Source: Haliotis cracherodii (taxonomy: Eukaryota). From it: a DNA stretch of 64,000 nucleotides. Below, in pieces: positions 23,600 through 36,512 of the stretch; position 1 is the stretch's first letter; every line of letters starts with the position of its first letter. The DNA lies in assembly GCF_022045235.1 (NCBI RefSeq), contig NW_027266300.1, forward strand, positions 1,364,001 to 1,428,000. The letters are read 5' to 3'. Position numbers and translations under genes: made by a program. The notes beneath the pieces were generated by a model. It did no database searches and was not told the origin of the DNA. It saw nothing but the letters and a program-made list of their open reading frames with translations.

Positions 23600-25082
23600 T
23601 CAAATTTTACAGCCAACGAGAAAGGGATAACTAATAAATACTTTTCAAGGGCGAGTTCAGTTTTAAATGTGCGATATGTGATATCTTAAGAAGAATTTGT
23701 AATCTCTGCATTCCATGTTTGAGTTGCTATATCAGATAATCCTAACGACATGATAGATTTAAGGACATTATGAGGAGCTGCTTGTTGGCTTAACAAATAG
23801 AAACGGAAGCCCGTTTCATTTAAAATAATTTCCAAACATTTTATCCATTTATTACAGCTATTGTTTGTACAGACGTCATTGTATAACATTTGATATTGAA
23901 TTCTTGATAACTTTGTTCTTTGCCAGATAAGACCTTAGCCAAAAAACATACCATTCGACATTTGATAGAATTACTCAAATGGGCTGTTCCAAGTTCTCCA
24001 TACAACATGTATAAAGATGTACTTTTCTTAATGGGAAGCAATTTACGTAGAAAGTTAAGGTGAACAGATTCAATCTGTTTACAATTTTCAAAACCCCAGA
24101 TTTCACAACCATATAATAGAATTGGTTTTACCATAGCATCGAAGAGATATATTGACATTTTATGGGTAGATTAAATGTTTTACTTTTACGTAATACAAAG
24201 TACATGGCCTTCACAATTTGTTTTTATAGAAGTTTTGAAAGAGTTTTTATTTGATAAGTGAATTCCAAGATATTTAAAATCAGTGACATATTCAATTGGT
24301 GAGCTATTTAATAACATATGTTTATTCTTGTCTCTTTTTGTACCACCAAAAACTATATTTTTTGTTTTACTGGTATTGATATGCAATCTCCATTTTCTGC
24401 AGTAAAGTGAAAAAAATACAAACATATTTTGTAAACTTTGATCATTAAAAGCTAACAAAACTGTATCATCTGCATATAGTAATGCGAACAACTCAGAGAT
24501 CTAACAGACCATTAAGTGACTGAAATTGGATAGAAACACTAGGGCAGTTTGGAGAATATAAAAACGGTTCCAGATCATTTAGAAACAATCAAAACAAAAT
24601 TGGGGACAGATTTTCTCATTGACGGACCCCAAAAAGACAAGGGAACTGTTCTGAATATACACCGTTTGAACACACACATGATTTAATGGCATCGTACATA
24701 TTAACAATAGTACGAATGAGTTTTCCATCAATACCTAGTGCTGAAATTTGTTTTCCATAAACCGATACGCCAAACATTGTCAATTGCCTTTTTGAAATCA
24801 ACGAAACCACAATCCAAATTTTTCTTTCTATTTTTTAGAAAATCAATAATTCCATACACGGTAAAAAATATGATCATTTGTGGAGTAGCCATGTCTAAAA
24901 CCCGCTTGTGATTCAGACAGAATGTTATTACTTTCAACATAATCGTTTAATATTTTATTAATAACTCTGATAAGACTGATAAGACTTATGGGCCGAAAGT
25001 TTCCAGGGTCATCCGTACTTCCTTTACCTTTGCAGATCGGACGAATAATTCCGTTTAACCATTGTTCTGGAAACATCCCAGT
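23600..25082 (-). mobile_element. Decayed non-LTR retrotransposon reverse transcriptase region
   Basis: Frameshifted pieces DPGNFRPISL, QAGFR, FVDFKKAID, GVRQ, LLYADDTVL, KYLGI, KPILLYGCEIWG. Confidence 0.88.
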
Positions 25083-25086
25083 GTCA

Positions 25087-25342
25087 AAGGCGCCGCGATT
25101 CGCTGTGAAGAGTTGCGTCCCTTGGGAACGCCAGAAACCTATGATTGGGGGTTCGAATCCCGGTTTGCCTCGATTATGTTTCTAGGTTTGTTAGCACCAT
25201 ACCCGTGCTCGTGGGTTTAACCGAAGTGGTAAACGTCTGAGACCTGCATCATTTTGGGCTTTCCTCCAAAATTAAGCTGATACATTGTGATATAACCGGA
25301 AAACTGTTAAAACCTGCGTTAAACCCAACTCACTCACTCACT
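25087..25342 (+). mobile_element. SINE family C, 5'-truncated
   Basis: Colinear with the reverse complement of 13300-13595; (ACTC)n tail. Confidence 0.8.
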
Positions 25343-25539
25343 ATTATGATATTTTTGTACAGCACTCTGATATTTAATATTAGATAAGTGGCTAATGAAG
25401 AAACCCAAGAAACAGATTTTGCTTGTCGAGTCTTTTTCTTATGATATCGGCATGTCCTTTGGATTCGACAAATGTAACATTCTTCATTTGAAAGATCAGT
25501 CAGTTTACTTTAGGGAGGAGTTATTGACCATCTCGTGGA

Positions 25540-26950
25540 AGGTCAGCCATATACGTACTCCAGAATGCCCATAGCAAGGTCAAACTTCGGGCAGAGTACA
25601 AATGTAGACTTAAGAAAATCTAGAGTTCAGAGCTGAACGTTCGCAATAAAGTCAAAGCCACAAATGCTGATGCTGTACTCGTCCTGTCGTATTCTTTTGG
25701 TGTTGTTGATTGGACGAAACAAGAAATCCAGGGTATTGACACCCTCACACGAAGAATCATGTCAGACAATAGATCCTACCACCCTCGCCCTTCCCTGTAT
25801 CGCTCATATTTAACAATATGATGGAAGGGCGTGGTTTGATTAACGTTTGGGCTCTTCATAATAGAATTGTTTTGTGCACATTTGCACCAATTTGTCTGAT
25901 GATCCTCCTGTGAAGCATGTCAAGATTCATGATAAGGCATTCCACAGTTTTCTAAAACGAGCCAAGGATGTGGGACATAATCCCAATGTCAGTTTTGATT
26001 TTGTTGATGGTTCTGTACTGCTGGACGGTACAGAAATGAGTGTCAGCCAAGCGAAATGCCATATCAAATCGGCCCAGGCTCATGTTTTCTAGGAGAGTCT
26101 TTGTGAACGACCACTGCATCAAGTTTAAATGCAATGTGTTGATTAGCAACCCTGCAGAGTCCTTCGCTTGGATGAAGTCGGCTGGCCTGAAAAGTGAAAC
26201 AGAAGGTTTTCTGTTTGCTGCACAGGACCAGTCACTTCCCACTCGAAACCGTCAATGTGTGATTTTTCATCAAAATGTAAATATGAAATGTAGATTTATG
26301 TAGAATTTAATGACACATGATGGTGTAGCTCGATCCTTGTATTACAATACCCGCAATGCTTGTGGTTTTGACACAGTGGTCCATCCATGGTACGATCTGG
26401 AAAATGTAGGGGGCGTCATGGAAAATGATAAATACAAAATTCTTTGGAATAGGCCCGTATACAGCCTCAGACGTATCTAGGCCAACAAACCTGATAAATC
26501 CAATGAAATCATTTATATTATTGAATTTTCTGTCCCTCTTGACACAAATGTGATTGACAAGATTCATGAAAAACACGGCAAATATGCGGATCTCGCTTTC
26601 GAAATGTCATGCTTGCATCCCAAGTACCAAGTTGTCCGACTGCCCATTGTTCTCGGTGCCTTAGGTGTGGTACCTCCCAATCTGTTGACTGACAGAGTAC
26701 CCTGATTTGCTACCAGGAATACAGCCCTTCTGACAATCTAGGTAATGCAGAAGGCTGCAGTGTTGGGGAGTCTTCACATTCTCCGAATAGTTCTGTGTGG
26801 GTTTGACTAGGCAGCGCTTCCTGGGAGAAGTCCCATTCGCTGTCTGGGCTGCGTATAGAAGGGGCAAGGGCCCTGAGCTGATGATGAACCTAACCAGCTT
26901 GACTGTGCCAGGGTCACCTAAACCCTCTAGCGGTATTTTTTTATTTTAAT
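25540..26950 (+). mobile_element. R4/Dong-like non-LTR retrotransposon, 3' half (restriction-like endonuclease), decayed
   Basis: LSYSFGVVDWTKQEI, LKSETEGFLFAAQDQSLPTRN, HDGVAR, ILWN...NKPD, IIEFSVP, K..KY.DL, PIVLGALG, MQKAAVLGSLHILR. Confidence 0.85.
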
Positions 26951-29186
26951 CTGTACATTGTACAATTCCGACTATATCATGAAATGTGTTTATGAGTCAC
27001 TATCAAATAGTTAATGATACCAGGTGTTTGCGAAAAGGTGAGTGTATCCTGCCCAACCCGTCAAAAAAACATGTATATAGGAACATGTGGTACAAGTCAA
27101 AATAATGAATTACATCGGACATCATTTTTGTCACTGATGCATCAAATTTCGAAATGTCTACCAAAAAACTTTTCGGAAGCTTTACTATAGGCCTTGAATG
27201 TTGTAACCTTGATCAAACAACTCTTCAGCAAGAATCGTATGACGGAGTGTCCAAGTCCTAAATATGATATGCTAGCACATATCTTTAGGCAACAAATAAA
27301 ATATATATTCATACACTGATGAAGGTTTTGAAACCGTATATGAATGCAATGCCAGATTAAACCACTCATTTTAATATATAGCTCCAAATCATGTGCAGCC
27401 ATGCTTGCTGACAGAAACACACACAAAGTGAATATCCTCTAAAAAATGGGAACGTCACACAAAGGTTTATTGTACATGTAGGCATTGCATCGAGTAATGG
27501 AGCAAGATAATTATTTTATGTTGCTTCAACTTGCATTTTGATAGGATTCTGAAATGTGTTTATCAGACTGATAACTCTACCCATTATACGTCTGATTTGT
27601 GGTTGCATTAACAAAGCGATGCGTGCATACAATGCAACCCAATTTAAAAGTTGCCTCATCTCTATATATTTGATTTTTGTCTTTATTATATTCCATTTCT
27701 ATTTCATATTAGATCAAAAGACAAAAAAAACACTTTGAACAAATTCACAACATGAATTCCACCAAAGCCTGGACTAGTTTCAGGCAGAAAATGATGTCAA
27801 AGTAGGAGCGTTGTGACACATTTTCTTTTTAAACCGCAACTTTAGCATAATCAGGCAGCATGGGAGTTAAGTAATTTATGGCTGCTATAATTCGGACTAT
27901 TTACTTAATCTGTGCAGCACTACACCATCTTATTTCGATAGCCATTTAAACTGTATTAACTGGCAAAGGTAGTTTATCTTGTGAGGTGAAACTAAAGCGA
28001 AATATTCATCATCTCAATCTCTGACCATCTCCATTTTTGGACACTTTTGGAAAGGATAAATGCATTTTGATAGAGGGTCAGCAACATATCATCTTTTAAT
28101 GTACCCACAGTGTGAAAATACGTATGGCTGCGTATGGCTTGGACGAAACAATCCAAACTACCACATTTAACCTTGAAACTAAGGTCAAGGAGGTCAGCAT
28201 AAGTAACGAAGCACTGTTTCAGAAAACACGAGAAAATATTTTGCTTAAATATATTTGGTTTTAGACCCAAACAGAAGCAAAGAAAACTGACCACTGGTAA
28301 TGACCATTACCACGATTATACGTGACTTCTGGCACCCGGATTCTAGGATGAGTCATCCGGATTCCTCGTTTAACAGTCGGCTGAAAAACTGCCCATATTC
28401 ACCGAATGTCAAATATAGAAACATGCTATCAACTCATACATAGCACGTATGTGTTTACATTACCGTTTCCTTAATCATTTTGAAACATCATGGAACGTTT
28501 CTGTATTTTCATGAATCGTTTCTTTCATGTCGCTTGGAAATAGTTACGGAATGGATTAGATGTGAGTAGTATATAGTGCACTTATGCCCGTTTTTTAATT
28601 ACAGCCCTCCCATTGGCTGATTTATGCCCGTCATATATTGCAGCCCTCCCATTGGCTGATTCTACCCGCAAGGTCCCCCTCCCCCACCTCCCAATCCAGG
28701 GTAATGACGTCATATATTTCTGTCCTCTCATTGGCTGATTTCTACCCGCAGGGTCCCCCTCCCCCACCCAGGGGTCCCACCCCTCAACCCTGAGCGCTGT
28801 TATGTAACTTATTCATAATTAAACCTAGTGAATGCTATTCTATACTTAGTGTTTACAATAATGATAAAAAAAGAAATTCTAAAATTACAAAGTGAAATTC
28901 TCCAGCTGAAAAGAGAAATAGAGAAAGCATATCTTTATTGAAAGCGTCTCAGCAAAATGTTAAAAGTTTTCTTTTGGGAGATTTGGTGGTTCCATAAGGA
29001 ACCTTTGCGTACGCTGTACACGTGGATGTTGACGACGTCTTAGATCGTCGTGGATGGTGAGCCAAATACGGTCTTCGGATCAGGTAGACGCGGTTGGGGG
29101 AATGTCTTCTATGTTCTTGTAATACTTTGTCTTCATATTTCCATTTGTACAGTTTAATACCGCACATATAGCACTGAACGCAATCG

Positions 29187-31044
29187 CTATAGAATGTGCA
29201 AAGTCTGAACTAGATTTATTGTCAGTACCGGGTGTTGTGAGGAGCATGACCGATAGTCAATGGGTGCGATATACTCCGACAACCTCTACAATCGGGTCTG
29301 GACCCATACGATTCGATATCCTAAATCCCGTTAATAGTTATATCGATTTAGCGCAGTGTTATTTGCGAATTGTTGTCAAAGTAACTAAAAGTAATGGCGA
29401 CAATACAAACCCGAGAGCATCGGCATGTAATATATGTTGTATGGGAGCGGTTAAAACAGAAGCTGTAAAGCTTGTTCACCAATCCCAACTCATTTCAATG
29501 AATAAAAATATGTTTAAACCAAGTACCACCTCTTCTGAAAACCAAAATTTCAGTTACACACATGTTAATTTGAAGTCCCCACATTTTACAAAAAAATTAT
29601 AAAATATCAATTTTTCTTTGCAAACCTATCACTGTGTCATCAAAAATACCAAAATCATCTACATATAGTAAAAGTAATATGTCTTTAAACTCCTCTCCAA
29701 TAAAAATCCCTCGCAAATATCTACTTTCTATCATAGACTGTAATTCAAGAATAAACATCGTGAACAGAAACGGACTCAACATGCAGCCCTGTCGAACACC
29801 ACTAAGTGATTCGAAATAATCTAAAATTAGTTGCTGTGATCAACGAATCGTTACAGAGGGGTATCAAGTCCGAAACCAAGAAATTGTAGGATGTAGATCC
29901 TAATGAATTTTATTACTATCCAACGGACTGGGAGTTTTTAACTATTAAGAACCACACCGTTTATTTCAAATTACCTCCTATTTCCAAAGAAGAAGAAAAA
30001 CAATATACCCGAGTATGGACTGGACCCATACGATTTGATATCCTAAATCCTGTTAATATTTATATCGATTTAGCGAAGCGTTATTTGCGAATTGTTGTCA
30101 AAGTAACTAAAAGTAATGGCGACAATACAAACCCAAGAGCATCGGGCCAAGATAATAATATACCTCCGGACCACGTGGCGCCTATAAATAATTCAATTCA
30201 ATTCAATAAAATCAATAGTTCCCACGCGTGAAGTAGAATACGTGTCAAGACTTGCAATATATTTTTACAACCCCGTTATCTCATAGACGGCGTTAATATA
30301 AAACTCGAACTCATTCGTTCATCGGATCAGTTTTGGTTGAAGTACGCCGGTGGTGGGACTACTTATAAAAGTGAGATCTTCAGAGCGGAATTTTACGTCA
30401 GACAAGTGGAAGTTTCGCCACGAATAAGAGAACTACACATTAAAGCTTTACAGAAAGGGATAACTGCAAAATATCCAATAACGCGAGTCAAGACAACTGC
30501 TCACGATATACCAACGGGTGTAAGAGATTATCATAATCAAACTATTGTCAACGGAGATCTCCCGAAACGTATGGTCGTTGGTTTGGTGGAAAATAATGCG
30601 TATGCCGGTACATGCCATTTGATCCCTTTCAAATTTGGCCATCAAAGTTTGACAAATCTAAACGTAAAATTGAATGGCCAAGAGGTACACCGTAAATCTA
30701 TCCACGTAGATTACGACGACAACTCGTCCAGATTGTACGAAACTTACTTAGACCTGTTTCGTAATGGCAGTGGACTCTGGCGAAATGGATTACACGGTAT
30801 AACGGCCGAACAATTCCGTGGCGGTTTTACCCTGTACATTATGGATTTTAGTAACGATCTAGGCGCGGATGAAGGACATCACTACCCTAAACAATCGGGC
30901 AAAGTAGGAATCGAACTGTACTTTTCACAACCGCTAGCTCACCTTTTGACCATGATTACCTATTTGGAAATGAATAACTGCATTGAAGTGGACGCGTACC
31001 GTAACGTTATGATGACGTACAGATGCTGTACACCTCGGATATAG
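29187..31044 (+). pseudogene. Polinton major capsid protein (double jelly-roll), disrupted
   Basis: ECAKSELDLLSVP...QWVRYTP...GPIRFDI...YIDL (N-terminus); FLQPRYLIDGVNIKLELIRS; AKYPITRV, LPKRMVVGLVEN, GGFTLY..DFS.DL, IEVDAYRNV (C-terminus); start codon missing, internal deletion and insertion. Confidence 0.88.
29424..29820 (-). mobile_element. LINE RT fragment inside the capsid gene
   Basis: GVRQGCMLSPFLF...LLYVDD. Confidence 0.8.
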
Positions 31045-31473
31045 ACGCTTTCGTGCGAGGCGACTACGAGTTAAAGGACGTCTACAAAGGTACATTACCT
31101 AGGGATTATTTTACTATGTACGCATAAACGAGAGACTTTACCGGCAGCCTATATCGTGAACACTACGCCAGCTTCGCATTCGGGATTACACTGGATTTGC
31201 TTTTACGTACCGAATAAGGATACCGTAGAAAGTTTTGATTCATTCGGTTTGAATAATTCGCTTATGTATGCTGAATTCAATAGTTTTAAATATCTATACG
31301 GTATACGTGTGTACAAATATTCTAGTAGAAAGCTTCAATGTTACGATAGCGTTGTTTGCGGTTACTATTGTCTGTATTTTCTATATTATCGGTGTGGACA
31401 CAACTCCATGAGTCGTATTTTAAACAGTTTCACCGATGACTGTACTATAAACGATGATATCGTACACTCTTGA
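31023..31473 (+). pseudogene. Polinton adenain-like cysteine protease, frameshifted near the N-terminus
   Basis: YIVNT...GLHWI, FDSFG, LQ....VCGYYC (His/Asp/Gln/Cys); the ATG at 31023 meets a stop and is in a different frame from the catalytic part. Confidence 0.85.
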
Positions 31474-31884
31474 TATTGGAATAAACAAGCGTTAAAAACG
31501 TATATGCTACTATTTTGTTGTTTATTCGGATATTAAAGCAACGTACGGCTACAGGTTAAACGGTTGATAATAAGAATGACATGTTGGTACATTCGATATA
31601 ATCGGGTGTGAGTAGCTTCCGTCAACGGATCGGTCAGACGTAATCAGCGTCAGCGATCCGTAATACCAGCTGCTGCGCAACAGCCTCTGGTGATTAACCG
31701 ATAACAACGGCGATGCGGTCAGCGTCAATGTCGCTCACGCACGGTGTCATAACTATTTTTCAGAAGTGACAGTTTCAAAATGTTTGCGACTATCGAAGGT
31801 AATGAAAACGGTATCATATTTCTTAATACATAAACGTGTTTCAATACGACATTTGGAAAGCTTAAGTATAAAGACAGTGTCTAT

Positions 31885-32240
31885 TCACGACATATTATAC
31901 GTTATCGTGCCTATTATGGAAGGTCTACACTTTCCAGTAACGTTAAACAATCCGAGTTCAGTCTTTATCAAAGGTAGCAATTGTAGCATAGTTCTCCATT
32001 CTTCCATGGCCATTGCTATTCCTTTAATGGTGGCCTTACCGGCCAGAAACATTCTCACGTCCAAAACTGTACGGTTTTCAACTCGACATACGTTTAGTCT
32101 GGTGACTGCCGACAATTTGAACTGATTAAGCGAACACTTTTCGCCACGGGTGTTCAGACTTCTTATAGTCTCAGATCTGGGTAGATATTTTAATGTCTGG
32201 AAAATAGCGTAAGAGGCTTCGATTATTAGTTGTCCTAGTG
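31885..32240 (-). pseudogene. PC4-like ssDNA-binding protein of the Polinton (no clear ATG)
   Basis: FKLSAVTRLNV...VLDVRMF...KGIAMAMEEW matches PC4 LS..R.V.V...IDIRE...KGISL..EQW. Confidence 0.6.
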
Positions 32241-32689
32241 ATCTATTCGGCTACCGAAAAACCGGTTAGAAGACACATCAGGATAGATGTACCTAAAATA
32301 ATAATACGGAAGGGTGTGGAAGGGGGGTTGGGAGAGGGGGTCCCACCTTTCCTTTCGTTTTTCATAATAATATATTTTTAAGTTGTATATTACGTATGAA
32401 TCCCTTCTCAGAGTACTTTATCTCAGTTCTATATGACGTACTATATTACTTCTCTGTGTCGTTCTTGTTTTCTCTTCAGTGTGAGGTTAAACTGTATCAT
32501 TTTTACTATTTTGATATTTTGCAATGTGTTGTGGTCATCAGTTATGCAAATCAGTTTCGGTGTGTCTTTTTAACAAGGTGTTCTTCATTAAGATTCACCG
32601 CCAGCCCCATTGTAACAATTACATGTACACTTTGCTTTGACGATGCCGGTTGATGTTGTTCAATACAGGTGTTTTTGAATCTATTCTAC

Positions 32690-33045
32690 ATGCTAATCAT
32701 TTCGGGAAGATGATACACATTTATCTATATTTTGGGTTACATTGCTTATAAAGATTATACATATAAACGTACGCAGTCTTAGTAGATTTTAAAGTAGATT
32801 TAATCAGTGATGAAGTAGATAGTTATGATGTTGTATGTTTAACAGAAACCTGGTTGCACCATGATATTCTAGCCCCGGGTATTACACTGATACCATCTTC
32901 AAATCGTAGCCTGTATTAAGGAATATATTTTAGATCTTTAATCAGAGTATAGCGGCGTGGATATGTTGACAGTTTTTACGTAGTTAGTGTTAACACCGAA
33001 TGTTTGCGAGGATTAATAAGATTTCTGAAATCAGTTATATCAGTA
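32690..33045 (+). mobile_element. CR1-like LINE APE fragment (second copy at ~34915-35100)
   Basis: INVRSL...YDVVCLTETWL motif. Confidence 0.6.
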
Positions 33046-33048
33046 GTT

Positions 33049-35482
33049 CCGGTGTCACGAAATATATTCGCCCCCAGAATAATCCCCCCCCCCCCCCCCC
33101 GGCGAATTTATACCGGTACAGTTCAGCCCCACCAATTCTCCCCCACCCTACGAAATAAAATATCCCCCCAGAATACCCCCCCCCCCCCCCCCCCCCCCCC
33201 CAGTTATTTACACGTGTCATGTCAGCCCTATGACATTCGCGATTGTCCACTTCCAGAAAACATCCTGTGCTGGTTTAACATATAAAGGGTTAATTAGGGA
33301 TGCCCAACACGTTGATTAATGAAAGACGAGTAGTCAAAACACAGTCATTTCCTGCCCAGGACATCACACCCCTACACGCTAAGGTCGGTGAGAAACATTC
33401 TCATCAAAGAAAACACACAGTCAAGACACTGACTTTTCTACGAGGACTCACGGAACATTTTCTCCCCGAACTATATATTTATATAGACTTGTCATGCAGT
33501 TCAACAATTGTAATTGTCTAAAACTGCTTTTGCTTTTTGTGGTGTCTTTGTGGTATATTTTGATGGAGAATATCAGCTTATCAACAAGTTTTACTTGCGT
33601 GCATTATTGCGTGTATTAATGGTTGAAGAATTTTGAACTGAGCTGTCCGAAAGTTAATATCTAACATTTTGGAATTGAAGTCTTATGTCAATATGTGGAC
33701 TCATAAATATTGGTTTTATGTTTTAACGGAGATATGATATTTTCTTATGAAATATCGCGTAATAGAGTAATTTGCATGCTTTACCATTCATTGTACCATT
33801 CTAAACCATGTGAATGTTGTATGTCAGTCAATCGGATGAGAAAACAGCCCAATCCTCATTCTATAAGGGACTATGTCAATCATTTTGCAAGTTGAAATGA
33901 CCCCTGATACTTTATGACAGTTTATTTTGGGCTTACCATGCGGTTCAAGATAATCGAGCGCTGTTCGACTTGTTTTTAGCCGAGCGGTCCTAACAGCGCC
34001 TATGGAAATACTTCACCATAAATGAACTGTTTCGATTTGCCAATGGAAATACTACACCATAAATGAACTGTTTCGATTTGCGCGGTTTCACCAACTGCTA
34101 GCCCCTAGCGGTTTGCAGTTGGTGAAACCACGGACTTGTATAACCGCGCACAATGGAAACTAAGTCGCCGAACTTTTAAGCATAGTTTTTGTATATAGCA
34201 TTTCACCCGCCTTCCTAAACGTGCCCCAAACCGCGTGGCAAACCGCGCACATGGAAACTAAGTCGCCGAACATTTAAGCCTAGTTTTTGAATATAGCATT
34301 TCACCCGCCTTCCTAAACGTGCCCCAAAACGCGTGGCAAACCGCGCACATGGAAACTCAGCCTAAAGGGCGGCGGCTTTTACATAAGCCAGTAAAGCTTG
34401 TTTGTCAATCCCCATTCATATATTTAAAAATCTGTTGAAACAAAATACATTAAAAAGCCTGGTTTGTTTGCGTTAAAATCAAAACAACGGAATCTGTAAT
34501 TAAAATGTGTAAGGTGTAAAAAGCTTTTACATAAAAGAGCAAAATACATGGGGGAGAGTAAATACATAATTCTATATAATTTTCTTGAATGGAGCACATT
34601 TGAGAGAAAAAAGATAATCCAAGCATATGCGATATTACCGTGTTGAAAGAATTTATATCAGTCATATATTTCTAACTTAGATCACCGGTATGTAACCCAG
34701 GTAAAGCATGCATATCGGGGAACATTGTAATGTTGGTACAGTTTATCATGTCTTCGGCTTTAGCATTACACAATGGCTTTTCACATTCCTCAAGGTTTTA
34801 ATGTTTATTTGTTTATGTACTTTTATATTTATATTTTTCTCTCCTTTGTTTTTTCTGGGTTAAATATTTATCTAAATATACATTTAGTTACTTGTATGTG
34901 TGGGGGTGTTTAGCAGTAACCTGGTTGCACCATGATATTCTAGCCACTGATACCATTTTTAAATCGTATAGCCTGTATTAAGGAATATATTTTAGATCTT
35001 AAATCAGAGTATAACGGACAGCATGAGCAGGAGGCGCGCACTGTTGACAGTTTTTAAGTAGTTAGTGTTAAAACCGATTTCTGAATTCAGTTACAACAGT
35101 AACCGTACATGTATTTGTTACATTAAGTCATTTCATTCAAATTTGTTTGGTTTGATATATATCTTATAATTATTTTAGGATGGAAGGTACAGTTACCAAA
35201 TAAAATATACTGAAATATCAATTCATTATGACCATATTTCATAATCTATTTTTTAAAGCAACCCTCCTTACATTAGAGATATCTATTTAAAGAATATAGT
35301 ACTTAAAGACATTGCAACAAACCGAATAATCAGGGGGGAGACTTTATACTGAGGGGGGCGCGAAATATATCCGCCCGGGGGAGATTTTATTTCAGAACAG
35401 ATTCTCCGGGGGAGAGTCTGTACCGGTATAAACTCTCCGGGGGGAGAATTTGTACGGGGGAGAGTTTATACCGGGACACCGG
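33049..35482. mobile_element. Nested non-autonomous TIR element with CCGGTGTC termini
   Basis: CCGGTGTCACG...CGGGACACCGG, with inverted C-rich/G-rich subterminal repeats (AATTTATACCGGTACA / TGTACCGGTATAAACT); no TSD seen. Confidence 0.55.
33930..34362. mobile_element. Harbinger-like MITE with an internal palindrome and a ~110-bp tandem duplication
   Basis: Ends CATGGAAACTCAGCC+TAA; palindrome GGTTTCACCAACTGC...GCAGTTGGTGAAACC; duplicated 34143-34360 block. Confidence 0.45.
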
Positions 35483-36195
35483 CCAGGTGCGGGTTATTCT
35501 ACACGGGAATGAACGATTGCGTTCAGTGCTATATGTGCGGTATTAAACTGTACAAATGGAAATATGAAGACAAAATATTACAAGAACATTAAAGACATTC
35601 CCCCAACTGCGTCTACCTGAAGACCGTATTTGGCTCACCATCCACGACGATCTAAGACGTCGTCAACATCCACGTGTACAGCGTACGCAAAGGTTCCTTA
35701 TGGAACCACCAAATCTCCCAAAAGAACACTTTTAACATTTTGCTGAGACGCTTTCAATAAAGATATACTTTCTCTATTTCTTTTTTCAGCTGGAGAATTT
35801 CACTTTGTAATTTTAGAATTTCTTTATTATTATTATTGTATACACTAAGTGTAGAATAACATTCACTAGGTTTAATTATGAATAAGTTACATAACAACGC
35901 TCAAAATCAAAATGGGTGGGGAAGTGGGGTAGGACCCCTGGGTGGTGGGGGAGGGGGACCCTGGGTGGGGGTGGGACCCCTGGAGTGCTGGGGTGGGGTG
36001 GGGGGACCCTGGGCTGGGGGAGGGGGACCCTGCGGGTAGAAATCAGCCAATGGGACGGCTGCAATATATGACGGGCAGAAATCAGCCAATGGGAGGGCTG
36101 CAATTAAAAAACGGGCATAAGTGCACTTTATACTACTGATGTGGCCCTCCCGTTTAAGCAATATACATGTATAAACACCATGAAGTACAGTGTAA

Positions 36196-36512
36196 GAGGT
36201 GAGGTGTAATTTAATGTTTTAAGATTACTGCACTTATAGAGCGACGTGCATGTACGTTTGTGTGTTTGTGTGGCTGCTTGTACTAGTCCGGACTGATGCC
36301 GATTTATAGTGCTAGCACACTGAGATACCATGCCGCAGGTTAACATGAATACCCCACTCAGACACAGTATATTGAATCCGAGCCGGCCAGTCCTTGTTTT
36401 AGCCCCTTAATGACGAGCGCCTGACAGGGTAATAACAAGTACCATCTTTTAACGTCTTTAGGTATGACGCGGCTGGAGATCAAACCCCGGACCTTCCGCT
36501 CTCCAGGCGGTC
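36196..36512 (-). mobile_element. SINE family B
   Basis: Reverse-complement homolog of 11168-11503. Confidence 0.85.

Larger units (their letters stand above)
28565..36137 (+). mobile_element. Internally deleted Polinton/Maverick (adintovirus-like) element
   Basis: Ends AGTAGT...ACTACT; TIRs 28565-29186 and 35514-36137; perfect 6-bp TSD GATGTG (28559-28564/36138-36143); capsid and protease remnants inside. Confidence 0.93.
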
